A stretch of 64,000 nucleotides of DNA, taken from NCBI GenBank assembly GCA_037444405.1, contig JBBIML010000007.1, positions 64,001-128,000 on the forward strand. Reading direction: 5' to 3'. Below are positions 18,431 through 27,905 of this stretch, one piece after another. Source of the stretch: Armatimonadota bacterium. Its GTDB lineage: Bacteria > Armatimonadota > Fimbriimonadia > Fimbriimonadales > GBS-DC. Below the pieces are notes generated by a model, which was given only the letters and a program-made list of their open reading frames with translations, did not search any database and had not been told where the DNA came from. A program made the translations under genes and the position numbers. Numbering within the stretch: position 1 is the stretch's first letter; every line of letters starts with the position of its first letter.

Positions 18431-20848
18431 TCACAAAGCGCGCTCCTTGAGTGATGCCACCAGATCAATGCGCGCGAGGATTCGGAGCGCGGGCAACTGC
18501 GCCAGCAGACCGATCAGCCAGCCGCCCAGCCCCGCCATCAGGTAGGTATGCGGATAGATATGGGCGCGAAACGCAATCAGCTCCATCTGTTCGGGCGAGG
18601 CGACAATCGCGATAAAGAGCGCGACCATCCCCCGCCCAAAGAGCAGTCCAAGAAGCGTGCCAAGCGTCAGGAACAAGATATTTTCCGCCATGATCAGACC
18701 GTGCGCCTGCTGACGGCTAAAACCGATGGTTAACAGAGTTGCCACCTCGTTCCGTCGCTCCAGCACGCTGACCGTCACAATGCTCACAATCACGCTGAAC
18801 GCCAGCACCAGCCCAAACGCCATCATAAACGCGAGGAACCGACGGGCGATGGCATTCAACGCCTCCATGCGGGCGACCAGATCGTCGCGCACCGCCACCG
18901 CGCCCACCTCAGGCAGTCGCTCCAGCCGCTGAATCACCTCCTGCCGATATTCTGGCGCAACCCAGACGCGCAGGCTGTTGATAGCGTCGGGCGGTAGCAG
19001 GAGTTCACGGCGGAACAGCTGGCGCACGCGCGAGCGCGGCATGTAGACCATCGTGCCGATGGTCTCCCAGACCAGCCCTGTGACGCGCACCGGATGCTCG
19101 CGCGTGTCTTCATCGCTGAACTCGGCGGGCAGACTCAGCGCCACGCTATCGCCCACCTCAAGCCCGAGTTTTTGTTGAACGACCTGCCCGCAGAGGAAGC
19201 CGTTCGCAGTCAGCGCCACAGGCTCGCCCTGCTCGTTATGGAGTTGCAGATTGGGACTGTCTGGCTCCACGCCTTTCAGCAGGGCATCATATTCCTGCGT
19301 GCCGCGCCGTAAGCGAACGGGCAACTCCAGTGTGCCTTCCACCCTCAGCACGCCCCGCCAGTTTCGCACCTGTTCCACAACGCCCGAATCCTGAAAATGG
19401 GTGAAGCCCACCCGCAAATCCTCGCTCAGCGCCTGGTTCAGGTACTGCGCAATCACCGTTTCGCGCGAATCGATAATTCCGCGCGCCAGCATCGCCAGCA
19501 TGACACCGATGGCAGTGCCGAAGATACCCACCACGGTTCGTCGCGGGGCGCGGGTCAGATTGCGCACGGGCAATCGGTAGAGCAGGCGGGCGCGGTGCAG
19601 GAAGGGTATCCAGCGATCAAGCATCAGCGTGCGTCCCATCAGCGGCGCGGGTGGACGCAGCGCCTGCGCGGGCGGAATGCACGACGCCTGCCATGCCGGC
19701 AGAATGCCCCCTGCAAAGGTCGCGCCCAGCGCCAGCAACAAACCCACAATCGCTGGTGTAATCGGTGGCTCCACGCGCTCCACAGGCAACGCCAGAAAGC
19801 CCATATAGCCGCGTGAGAGCCAGCCCGAAAGCCCGACGCCCGCGCCGACGCCCATCAGCCCGCCCATTAACCCCGGCACCAGCGCCATGCTCAGATAGTG
19901 CCACAGCACCTGCAGTCGTGTATAGCCGAGCGCGTGCAGTAAGCCAATAATCTGCCGCTGCTGGAGCACCATCCGCATCTGCAGAGTGTAGAGCGTCAGA
20001 ATGCTCACACTCAAAAAGAGCATCGGGAACAGCACCGAGTAGGTACGCAGGATTCGGGTGGCGCTTTCCAGCAGGTAGTAGCTGGGCTGGTCTTCGCGCA
20101 TCACGGGCTTCTCCGCGCCATAGGCACGCAGCAGATGCTCCACCGCGCGGGCAACCAGCTCCCGATTGAAACCGGGCTGCACTGCCACCCGCACCTCGTT
20201 AATCTGCTCGCTCTGACCCGTGATTTCGCCCACCACCTCCAGCGGGGCGAACATCACGCCGAACACATCTTCGGAGGGGAGAACCTGCTGCTTGCTCTGG
20301 ACCACATAGATATATTCGGGACTTCGCACCAGCCCGGCAATCGTGAAGCGCACGCGCTCCCCACGCCACAGCACCGTGAGGGTGTCGTGCGGGCGCAGGC
20401 GATGATAGCTGGCGAACTTGCTCTCCAGTAGGATGGCACGGTCGCGTCCGCCGCGCAGGAACCGCCCCTCCATTAGGCGCAGCTGGTTCACCTGCAGCGG
20501 GTGGCGCGTCTCGATGCCGATCAGTCGCCCCATTAAGCGGTGCGGATTTCGGGAGCCGACCTCTATTGCGACGGTCTCCACCAGCCGCCCCTCCACGCCC
20601 GCCACGCCCGGCAGCTGCCGAATGCGAGCCACCACCGTGCGCGGCGCGGAACGAACCTGTATCCCGAAATCCTCCAGACGGTAGCGTGCGTAAGATGCCG
20701 TGTAGGAAAGATACATATCCCGATAGAGACTGCTGGCTACCGCAAACAGCATCACGCCCAGCATGACCATCGTGGCAATCGCGCCGTAGAGCCAGCGCAT
20801 CTGCCACATCTCACGCCGAATCTTGCGCCAGAGAACGCCCCCTACCAT
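18431..20848 (-). CDS. ABC exporter permease (MacB/FtsX-like, duplicated)
   Basis: Two periplasmic + TM repeats; IGLLHALG and ERRNEVATLLTIG. Confidence 0.9.
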   Translation of the reverse strand: MVGGVLWRKIRREMWQMRWLYGAIATMVMLGVMLFAVASSLYRDMYLSYTASYARYRLEDFGIQVRSAPRTVVARIRQLPGVAGVEGRLVETVAIEVGSRNPHRLMGRLIGIETRHPLQVNQLRLMEGRFLRGGRDRAILLESKFASYHRLRPHDTLTVLWRGERVRFTIAGLVRSPEYIYVVQSKQQVLPSEDVFGVMFAPLEVVGEITGQSEQINEVRVAVQPGFNRELVARAVEHLLRAYGAEKPVMREDQPSYYLLESATRILRTYSVLFPMLFLSVSILTLYTLQMRMVLQQRQIIGLLHALGYTRLQVLWHYLSMALVPGLMGGLMGVGAGVGLSGWLSRGYMGFLALPVERVEPPITPAIVGLLLALGATFAGGILPAWQASCIPPAQALRPPAPLMGRTLMLDRWIPFLHRARLLYRLPVRNLTRAPRRTVVGIFGTAIGVMLAMLARGIIDSRETVIAQYLNQALSEDLRVGFTHFQDSGVVEQVRNWRGVLRVEGTLELPVRLRRGTQEYDALLKGVEPDSPNLQLHNEQGEPVALTANGFLCGQVVQQKLGLEVGDSVALSLPAEFSDEDTREHPVRVTGLVWETIGTMVYMPRSRVRQLFRRELLLPPDAINSLRVWVAPEYRQEVIQRLERLPEVGAVAVRDDLVARMEALNAIARRFLAFMMAFGLVLAFSVIVSIVTVSVLERRNEVATLLTIGFSRQQAHGLIMAENILFLTLGTLLGLLFGRGMVALFIAIVASPEQMELIAFRAHIYPHTYLMAGLGGWLIGLLAQLPALRILARIDLVASLKERAL

Positions 20849-21552
20849 TCCAGACTCTCTACCTCCGCGGGCTGTGGCGGGTAGACCTCGCTCTCTACTT
20901 GCCCATCACGCAGTCGGATCACATGGTCGGCAATCTCCGCAATCGCCGAGTTGTGGGTTACCAGCACGATGGTCTGCCCCTCATGGCGATTGAGGGTGCG
21001 CAACAGCGTCAGGATTCGCTTACCCGTTGCGGAGTCCAGCTCGCCCGTCGGCTCGTCGCACAGCAGGATGGGCGGTCGCGTCACGAGCGCGCGGGCAATC
21101 GCGACGCGCTGCTGTTCACCGCCGCTCAGCTCGCCCGGAAAGTGATTGACGCGCTCATAAAGCCCGACGGCGTGCAGCAGCTCGTCCACAGGGCGAGGAT
21201 TGGCGACCAGCTCCGCTGCCAGCTCGATATTCTCCCGTGCGGTAAGCGTCGGCACCAGATTGAAAAACTGGAACACGAAGCCGATTTTATGGCGGCGGTA
21301 GGCGCTCAACTGCGCCTCGTTGTAGCGGCTGATGTCTTCGCCGTCCACAATTACGCTCCCAGCCGTTGGAGTATCCAGCCCTCCGATCAGGTTCAGCAGG
21401 GTGCTTTTGCCGCATCCGCTGGGTCCCAGCACCACCGCGAACTCGCCCCGCGCAATCTGCAGGTTGACCCGATTCAGGGCACGCACTTCGAATCGGTCGC
21501 GCCGATAAATCTTGCTGACTTCCCGCAGCTCAATCAGTGGTTTCTGGCTCAT
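20842..21552 (-). CDS. ABC ATP-binding protein (LolD/MacB-like)
   Basis: GPSGCGKST, LSGGEQQR, DEPTG, VTH. Confidence 0.95.
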   Translation of the reverse strand: MSQKPLIELREVSKIYRRDRFEVRALNRVNLQIARGEFAVVLGPSGCGKSTLLNLIGGLDTPTAGSVIVDGEDISRYNEAQLSAYRRHKIGFVFQFFNLVPTLTARENIELAAELVANPRPVDELLHAVGLYERVNHFPGELSGGEQQRVAIARALVTRPPILLCDEPTGELDSATGKRILTLLRTLNRHEGQTIVLVTHNSAIAEIADHVIRLRDGQVESEVYPPQPAEVESLEW

Positions 21553-22973
21553 CGTTGGCGGATTCGCACGCGCTCCCCTTCGGCGAGACCCTCTTTGTGA
21601 GCCACCACGACCAGCTCGCCTTCGCGCAGTCCCTCCGTGATTTCAGTGTATTTATAGGTGAAGTAGCCCGTGCGCACCGTGCGTTTCCGAACGATACCAT
21701 TCTGCACGACCCACACCCAGCTGTGGTCTGGCTCCTCGTGAACGGCGTCGCTGGGCACCAGCAGGGTTGTGCTGCCCAGTTGCCCCTCGCCTTCAACGGT
21801 GATCTCCATATCGGGGCGCAGCTCCGCGGGAGGGTTCACCATCTCGACGCGGAGGCGCAGGATGCGCACGCGCAGGGCGGAGTCGGGCTTGCGTTCGAAA
21901 GCGGGCATAATCTGGGTGATGCGTCCCTGCCAGTGGCGTCCGGGCAGGGCGGGCGCGCTGACCTGCACGGGATCGCCCACGCGCACTTTGCCCGCGTCTT
22001 CCTGCGCCACTTCCGCTTCGCCCCACAGAGCGCGACGATCCACCAGCACCATCACGGGCATGCCGGGCGCGACGCTTTCGCCCGGTTCCACCTCACATCG
22101 GTTGACCCATGCGGAGCGGGGCGCTACGAGTGTGCGCAGTTTGCGCTGACTGCGCGCCTGTTGAAGCATGGCGTGCGCCTCGCGCACGGCGGCGCGTGCG
22201 CTCTGCAGGCGCGCCTGCAACACTTTCAGGTTGCCCTGCTGGCTCCGCGCCAGTTCCAGCGCGGCCTGTGCTGATTCCAGCCGTGCCTGCGCCGCGGCGC
22301 GCTCTTCGGGGCGGGCGCCGTGCTGAACCTGCTGGAGAGTTGCCTGTGCCTCGCGCAGTTGGGCTGCTGCCACTTCATATTCCTGAAGGGCGCGTTCGTA
22401 CTCCAGTCGTGCGATGGCTCCCTGCTCATAGAGGGCACGGGCGCGTTGCCAGTTACGTTCTGCCAGTTCATAGCGTGCCTCCGCCGCGCGCACCGCCTGC
22501 CTGGCACGCTCGATCTCTTCGGGGCGGGCGCCACGCTCAATCAGCTGAAGGTTCGCCTTTGCCTCCTGCAACACGGCTTCCGCCTGACGAATGCGGGCGC
22601 GGGTTTCCTGCTGCGCCTGCTCGTAAGCGCGCTCTGCTTCCTCCAGCGCGGCGCGTGCGGCGGCATAACGTGCCGATGCCGCCTGCACCGCGTCCGCTAT
22701 ATCTTGCTCCCAGAATCGCACCAGCGGCTGACCCGCCTGCACCCGCTCACCCTCCCGCACCAGCACCGCCACGACCTGCGCTGTGAAGGGCACCGAGAGA
22801 GTCACCTGCCAGCCTCGCACGATGCCCTCGGCACTGTAGGGCACACGCAGCTCACCGCGTGTCGCCGCCGCGACCACCACCTCGGTCGGCGCACGCCCCC
22901 CGCGAAGCCAGAAGGTCAGCAGCAGCCCCATCACACCCGCAGCGAGAATCAGACCCAACCATCGCCGCCCCAT
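21549..22973 (-). CDS. Efflux periplasmic adaptor (HlyD/MacA-like)
   Basis: N-terminal TM, lipoyl half-motifs VREGERVQAGQPL / VEPGESVAPG, long coiled coil, GLREGELVV. Confidence 0.92.
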   Translation of the reverse strand: MGRRWLGLILAAGVMGLLLTFWLRGGRAPTEVVVAAATRGELRVPYSAEGIVRGWQVTLSVPFTAQVVAVLVREGERVQAGQPLVRFWEQDIADAVQAASARYAAARAALEEAERAYEQAQQETRARIRQAEAVLQEAKANLQLIERGARPEEIERARQAVRAAEARYELAERNWQRARALYEQGAIARLEYERALQEYEVAAAQLREAQATLQQVQHGARPEERAAAQARLESAQAALELARSQQGNLKVLQARLQSARAAVREAHAMLQQARSQRKLRTLVAPRSAWVNRCEVEPGESVAPGMPVMVLVDRRALWGEAEVAQEDAGKVRVGDPVQVSAPALPGRHWQGRITQIMPAFERKPDSALRVRILRLRVEMVNPPAELRPDMEITVEGEGQLGSTTLLVPSDAVHEEPDHSWVWVVQNGIVRKRTVRTGYFTYKYTEITEGLREGELVVVAHKEGLAEGERVRIRQR

Positions 22974-23047
22974 CGCTCACCATCCGTTAGGATACCTGCC
23001 AGTTCCCAATCCCCCTTTCCCCATCGGGCAGGGTGCAGGAGAGTGCC

Positions 23048-23770
23048 TCACAGAATCCCCTCTGGCGGAAGAATGACAATCTCGTCGATGCTGGCGTCGG
23101 GTGGCGTGGCGAGAATCTCCACCACAATCCGGGCGACGGTCTCAGGGCGAATCATGCGCTCGCGCTCGGGCGCGGTCGGGAACGCATCCCACAGCACGGT
23201 GTCCACTGCGCCCGGCAACACCGCCGTGACCCGAATGCCACGCTTGCGCACCTCTTTGGCGAGAATGCGCGTGAACATCAGCCCAGCGGCTTTGGCGCAG
23301 CTGTACGCGCTCAAGCCTGTGAAGGCGCGACTGGCAGCAATCGTGAGCATGTTCACAATCTGTCCATGACCCTGCTCCAGCATAATCGGCAGCGTGAAGC
23401 GCGTGGTCAGGTACAGCCCCTTCAGGTTGCTCTCCACCACCTGCCACCACTCGGCAGGATCGCTCTGCTCGATGAGTCCTGCCCGCGCCGAGCCAGCGTT
23501 ATTGATCAGGATATCGATGCGCCCGCTGAGCTGGCGCGTGCGCTCAATCGCCGCGCGAATGGCTGGCTCGTCGGCGACATCGGCAACGCAGTAAAACGCC
23601 CTGCCGCCCTCCGCCTCAATCTGACCCGCAACCTGCTGAAGCTGGCTCTCGGTGCGGGCGACGAGCATCACCTGAGCGCCCTGTCGCGTTAGCAGGCGGG
23701 CAATGCATGCGCCAATACCCCGCCCGCCGCCTGTGATCAGCGCGACCTGACCCGCAAACCTCTGTTCCAT
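23048..23770 (-). CDS. Short-chain dehydrogenase/reductase
   Basis: TGGGRGIG, NNAG, YSCAK. Confidence 0.93.
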   Translation of the reverse strand: MEQRFAGQVALITGGGRGIGACIARLLTRQGAQVMLVARTESQLQQVAGQIEAEGGRAFYCVADVADEPAIRAAIERTRQLSGRIDILINNAGSARAGLIEQSDPAEWWQVVESNLKGLYLTTRFTLPIMLEQGHGQIVNMLTIAASRAFTGLSAYSCAKAAGLMFTRILAKEVRKRGIRVTAVLPGAVDTVLWDAFPTAPERERMIRPETVARIVVEILATPPDASIDEIVILPPEGIL

Positions 23771-23851
23771 CGGCACATCCCTCCGGGGCGGGTAGTTCAC
23801 CGCCAGTGCGCCCCTTCCTGTCAGCAGGCAGGTACAATTCTCGACGGCACG

Positions 23852-25087
23852 ATGGACGCACTACGCGATACGCTCAGAGAGTTGACCGACAGCCTGCGAG
23901 AGAAGATATTGACAGACGGCTCGCCCGCCTGGCTGGAACTTGCCCGCTGGCTGCAGGCGGTGAACACGGGGCTGGACGCGCTGGATGAATCGCTACGGGG
24001 GAGCCTGTTAGACGCCTTTCAAACGGCGCGACCACTGAACCATGCGACTCTGCCCATTCTGCTGGAGCAGTTCGAAGCGCACGGCAGAGCGATTCGGCGC
24101 GCGGCGGTTCAGCGCGACCGCTGGCGCTATCCCACCACGAGCGACCTCCAGCTGATCAACGAGCGCGTCTGCCTGGCGCCGCCCGAGTGCGACGCCGACC
24201 GCCTGAATCGTGCGCGCCTGCTGGCGATGCTGACCCCGCCCGATGCGGACGCGCTTCAGCGAGCCACTACGCTCTTTGAGGCGCTCAACACCCTGCAGCC
24301 GTTTCGCGAATACAACGCCAGCACCGCATCGATTGCAGCGCTGGCGTTTCTGGGCGCGAACGGCTTCCGCGCCACGCTCTCACCTGATGAGGCAGCCGAA
24401 CGGTTGCTATCGGGTGAATGGGCATCGTTGTCCCTTCAGCCCGACGAGAGCGCGACTCGCTTCACCTATGCCGACCTGATTGAGCAGATGATTGCCGATT
24501 ACCGCGATTCGCTGGTGCGGGCGGAGCGAGTGATTCAGGAGAGGCAGCAGCTGGCACAGCGCGACGCCCTGCCCACTACGATGCCCGTCAGCCCGCAGCC
24601 CGTGCCTGGTCCCGCCTCGCGCTGGCGATACCTCACCGTGCAGGACCTCATCTGGATTAACACCGAAATCACGGGCGCGCCCCAGCGGTACAACTACGAC
24701 CGCCTGGAGGAGGCGACCTACTATCAATACAGCTATCGCCAGAGCATGGATGTGCCGTTGCAGGCGGCGCGGTTCCTGTGGGGCTATCTGACCTATTATC
24801 CCTTCGCACGCGGCAATCTGGGCACCGCGCTGATTGGCGTGCTGACCTTCCTGCAGATCAACGGCTACGACACGCACCTGCCGCCCGACCAGGCATGCGA
24901 CTGGTTGCTATCGGTTGCCAGGCGTCGTAAACACCCGCTGGATGCCATCCGCCAGATTATCGCCTCCAGCGCCGCAGGCGCGAACCCCCAGCCCGTGCGC
25001 GAAGTCGCCCACTACCTGATAGAACAGTACGAGTCGGCTTTGCATCAGTTAGAGGAGGTGAATCCTCGTGAAACGCAATACCGTTGA
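23852..25087 (+). CDS. Protein with two tandem Doc/Fic-like domains, catalytic motif degenerate
   Basis: Two RWRY.T..DL..IN repeats ending in QPFREYNASTA..FL..NG and YPFARGNLGTA..FL..NG. Confidence 0.72.
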   Translation: MDALRDTLRELTDSLREKILTDGSPAWLELARWLQAVNTGLDALDESLRGSLLDAFQTARPLNHATLPILLEQFEAHGRAIRRAAVQRDRWRYPTTSDLQLINERVCLAPPECDADRLNRARLLAMLTPPDADALQRATTLFEALNTLQPFREYNASTASIAALAFLGANGFRATLSPDEAAERLLSGEWASLSLQPDESATRFTYADLIEQMIADYRDSLVRAERVIQERQQLAQRDALPTTMPVSPQPVPGPASRWRYLTVQDLIWINTEITGAPQRYNYDRLEEATYYQYSYRQSMDVPLQAARFLWGYLTYYPFARGNLGTALIGVLTFLQINGYDTHLPPDQACDWLLSVARRRKHPLDAIRQIIASSAAGANPQPVREVAHYLIEQYESALHQLEEVNPRETQYR

Positions 25088-25094
25088 AACCACT

Positions 25095-26285
25095 CTATTT
25101 GGCATGCGCCTTCTGATTCAGTGTTTCCAGGTCTGGTAGAAAACCTTCCCATGGGTATTCGACCACTATTCCATTTCCTTTGTGCCAGAGGCTGCTACCG
25201 CTTAATCTCCAATCACGCACGAAGGTACCCTGAGGCAGCATGAAACGAATGGTGCTCGCTGGCTCGGCACTAACCAACATATAGCGACGCCTACTCATAG
25301 AGGGTCTGCTGCAACGATGCAAGGGTAGAGAAACGATCACCTGCTCTCTTCCATTATCATCTTTCACGATATAGTTTTCTAAAATCTTCTCAATATCCTC
25401 ACGAGTTGCAGGGGTCATTAAGTCATAATATTCGTAGGTCATTTCTATTTCTGATGGAAACCACTGTCCATCAATTTGAGTGAATTGCAGCACATTCCAA
25501 TAGAACTGGGCACTAGTACGACGCATCAGAAGGCTCTTTGGGGCTCCTTTGTGGATTCGACTTACATGAAGTTCTAACTCCCAATTATCAGGGGTTTTGC
25601 GCTCATAAACCCATTCATCCGGAGTCGTGGCGACTAACTGCCAGTCTTTCTCGCTGCCGGCAAACATACAGAGAGGAGGAACACCTGCCAGAAAAACTAA
25701 AAATGCCGGTCCTATAAAGGTTTCAAAAGGATCACCCATGCTGACAGTACCTGCAGGATGGAGCGCTATATCCGCGACTACCGAACCCTGATTACGCAAA
25801 TGAATAACGAGCTCGTTTTGAAAGTAAACTTCGAAGGTCTCCGCAATTTTGTCAGTAGCCTCATAAGAAGCTAGTCTTTCCCTATATGCAGCAATGTGAA
25901 CGATGTGCGGACTATTGGTAATAATATAGTTTTCCGATATCCCAGAAACAAATAAATCCATTTGCGGTGGATTAATCATTGAAAGATTATATTTCCCCCA
26001 ATTAACTTGTTCAGAAGCTGATGAAATTTTTGTTCTAATATTTTTTTGAGCAATTAGTAAAGCACTTATCATATTCCCCCAAACAGCCTCCTTAGGAATA
26101 TGCAGCATACCCGTCACATTCCAGATAAAAGTGTGACTACGAGCAACTTGTTCACGCTTTGCGCTCCAATCAGCCAGTTCGCTCTTAGAAGTCTCACTAC
26201 AAGTAGCAATCGAGAACCGTATTGTAAGCCCCGCCAGTGTGAACATGGAAACAAGTGTCCACCAAGCATGCCATCTTCGAATCAT
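25095..26285 (-). CDS. Exported hypothetical protein, AT-rich (possible LolA-like fold)
   Basis: 396-aa ORF, SD AAGGAGG, N-terminal hydrophobic segment; GQWFPSEI and LPQGTFVRDWR resemble LolA-like families (weak). Confidence 0.65.
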   Translation of the reverse strand: MIRRWHAWWTLVSMFTLAGLTIRFSIATCSETSKSELADWSAKREQVARSHTFIWNVTGMLHIPKEAVWGNMISALLIAQKNIRTKISSASEQVNWGKYNLSMINPPQMDLFVSGISENYIITNSPHIVHIAAYRERLASYEATDKIAETFEVYFQNELVIHLRNQGSVVADIALHPAGTVSMGDPFETFIGPAFLVFLAGVPPLCMFAGSEKDWQLVATTPDEWVYERKTPDNWELELHVSRIHKGAPKSLLMRRTSAQFYWNVLQFTQIDGQWFPSEIEMTYEYYDLMTPATREDIEKILENYIVKDDNGREQVIVSLPLHRCSRPSMSRRRYMLVSAEPASTIRFMLPQGTFVRDWRLSGSSLWHKGNGIVVEYPWEGFLPDLETLNQKAHAK

Positions 26286-26317
26286 TAATAATCACCTCCT
26301 TTAGTGCCAAAGTGTTT

Positions 26318-26794
26318 CTATTGCGGTGGTGCTGAACAATCGGGATAAAAAACAATTCGGTTTGGTGTGGATGGATCTACAGGTCTCCAATCAATGCAAT
26401 CGCATCCCGAACCAGCTGGTTCACAATCGGCAATTTCTGTTACTCTGATCTCAACGACCCCCATCTGACGTATAAGGCAGCTCGTACCACGATTAAATTC
26501 ACATATATAAATGTCTTGAACTGTTTTACCTCTGAGGCATCCACCAGAGCAACCAAACAAGGTATATGCTTTCATAGGAGTTGGGTTAGGTTCAATCGAT
26601 TGCAAGCAACTGGTCTGCCGCAACAAGTAACCTGCCCGGCGAAGTACGCACTTGTGATCCGGAAGCTCCCTTAGCTCTTCCTGCTGACCGGGGGCATGAA
26701 AATATAACATCAGCAACACCAGTATCCCCACCAACCGTACCGCGTTGCGCTGGTTCGCAACACTGTTCCTCATCAAAAGATCCTTTGTTTTCAT
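26318..26794 (-). CDS. Secreted cysteine-rich hypothetical protein (10 Cys)
   Basis: SD GGAGG; hydrophobic signal LVGILVLLMLYF; 10 Cys in the mature part. Confidence 0.65.
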   Translation of the reverse strand: MKTKDLLMRNSVANQRNAVRLVGILVLLMLYFHAPGQQEELRELPDHKCVLRRAGYLLRQTSCLQSIEPNPTPMKAYTLFGCSGGCLRGKTVQDIYICEFNRGTSCLIRQMGVVEIRVTEIADCEPAGSGCDCIDWRPVDPSTPNRIVFYPDCSAPPQ

Positions 26795-26847
26795 TCTCGC
26801 CCCTCCATTAAATGGAGTTGCCCTGCGGTTGCCCTTTGTCAACACCT

Positions 26848-27390
26848 CTATCCCGCTTTTTGACCCCGATTCTCCACCAGTGCCCGCAGCTCCGCCTGCA
26901 ACCGTTTCCATCGCCGATGCACCACCTCGTGCGAGACTCCTAACTGCTTTCCGATCCACCGATACGAACGCTTCTCTGCCACCCACACCCATAACTGGTA
27001 TTCCCTCTCCTCCAGCTGACTCTGCAACCACTCCACTAATATCCGAGCCTCTAACTGTTCATAAGCTTCCATACTCCGCTCATCTACAGGCTCCCACTCT
27101 TCGCCTGTTTCTTCATCTTCTGCAAATGCGACTACCGTCTTCTGATAACCCCACTCGCGGTTGGTGAAAGTCTTCAGGTGAGCGCAGATGCGATCATAGG
27201 CGAACTTTTCCAAGCACAAACCCAGTGCAGGCTCAAACTCCTGTTCGGCTTGCAAGGCACATAGAACGGCTTCGTGCTGAAGTTCGTTCTGCCATTCGGA
27301 CTGACTCCAGTTCGGTGGTGGGCATGTGGGTCGGAAGCGCTGAACAGCGCGGCGAATGGCTTTGCGCAGAGCGGGATTGAGTTCAGCCAA
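26848..27390 (-). CDS. Sigma-70 family (SigH/ECF-size) sigma factor-like protein
   Basis: Region-2-like ELQHEAVLCALQA...F and region-4 HTH LEERE...SYRWIGKQLGVSHEVVHRRWKRL; TTG start. Confidence 0.75.
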   Translation of the reverse strand: MAELNPALRKAIRRAVQRFRPTCPPPNWSQSEWQNELQHEAVLCALQAEQEFEPALGLCLEKFAYDRICAHLKTFTNREWGYQKTVVAFAEDEETGEEWEPVDERSMEAYEQLEARILVEWLQSQLEEREYQLWVWVAEKRSYRWIGKQLGVSHEVVHRRWKRLQAELRALVENRGQKAG

Positions 27391-27505
27391 CTCAGCTCCA
27401 CCCCCCCCCGCGAAGTTGCGATGGCAGTTGAGATTTTGCTGGATGCACCGCTTGCTTCTTCGTTCGCTTCTTTGCGGGCATCGCTGACCTCTGCTGGATA
27501 AAAGC

Positions 27506-27535
27506 AGGATACCCTGTTCAAGACAGGAATGTCAA
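27506..27535 (-). promoter_or_regulatory. sigma70 promoter for the sigma-factor cassette
   Basis: TTGACA-N18-TATCCT with GG before the -10. Confidence 0.65.
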
Positions 27536-27543
27536 GGGGAAAC

Positions 27544-27668
27544 GAGGGTGTTCGAAAAATCATCTCTTGCGAGCCGCTTGAGCAGGGCGCGGGTACGGGC
27601 GCGGCGACCGCGCCCCTACTTGACACGGGTACGGGCGCGGTTCCCGCACCCTGTTTTCGAACACCCTC
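27544..27668. mobile_element. MITE-like element with 15-bp terminal inverted repeats enclosing REP-like palindromes
   Basis: GAGGGTGTTCGAAAA (27544-27558) / TTTTCGAACACCCTC (27654-27668); flanks AGGGGAAAC and AGGGGGAAC; third end copy at 27678-27692. Confidence 0.7.
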
Positions 27669-27714
27669 AGGGGGAACGAGGGTGTTCGAAAAATCCATCC
27701 AGAGGCGAGAATAC

Positions 27715-27802
27715 CCCTCACCCCTACCCTCTCCCTTCGGGGGAGAGGGAGTTTATCAGCCCCTCTCTCCCGCGTGCGGGGGAGAGGGGTCGGGTGAGGG
27801 GG
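27715..27802. repeat. CCCTCACCC...CCCTCTCCC-N-GGGAGAGGG palindromic repeat pair
   Basis: Two hairpin units; same family at 42750-42812 and 48826-48898. Confidence 0.8.
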
Positions 27803-27905
27803 TCATACTTTCCTCTTGGGGGAATCCCGCTCTCAGACCAGCAGGAAGGCGGCTCCCAGAGGTGCAGCAGGTAAAATCTCTTTTACCGATGGAGAGGTTG
27901 AGCCG

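Noticed and set aside
27535..27700. Repeated 27-bp sequence as a possible CRISPR array
   Set aside because: Only two direct copies 134 bp apart with an inverted copy between them; no regular spacers and no cas genes
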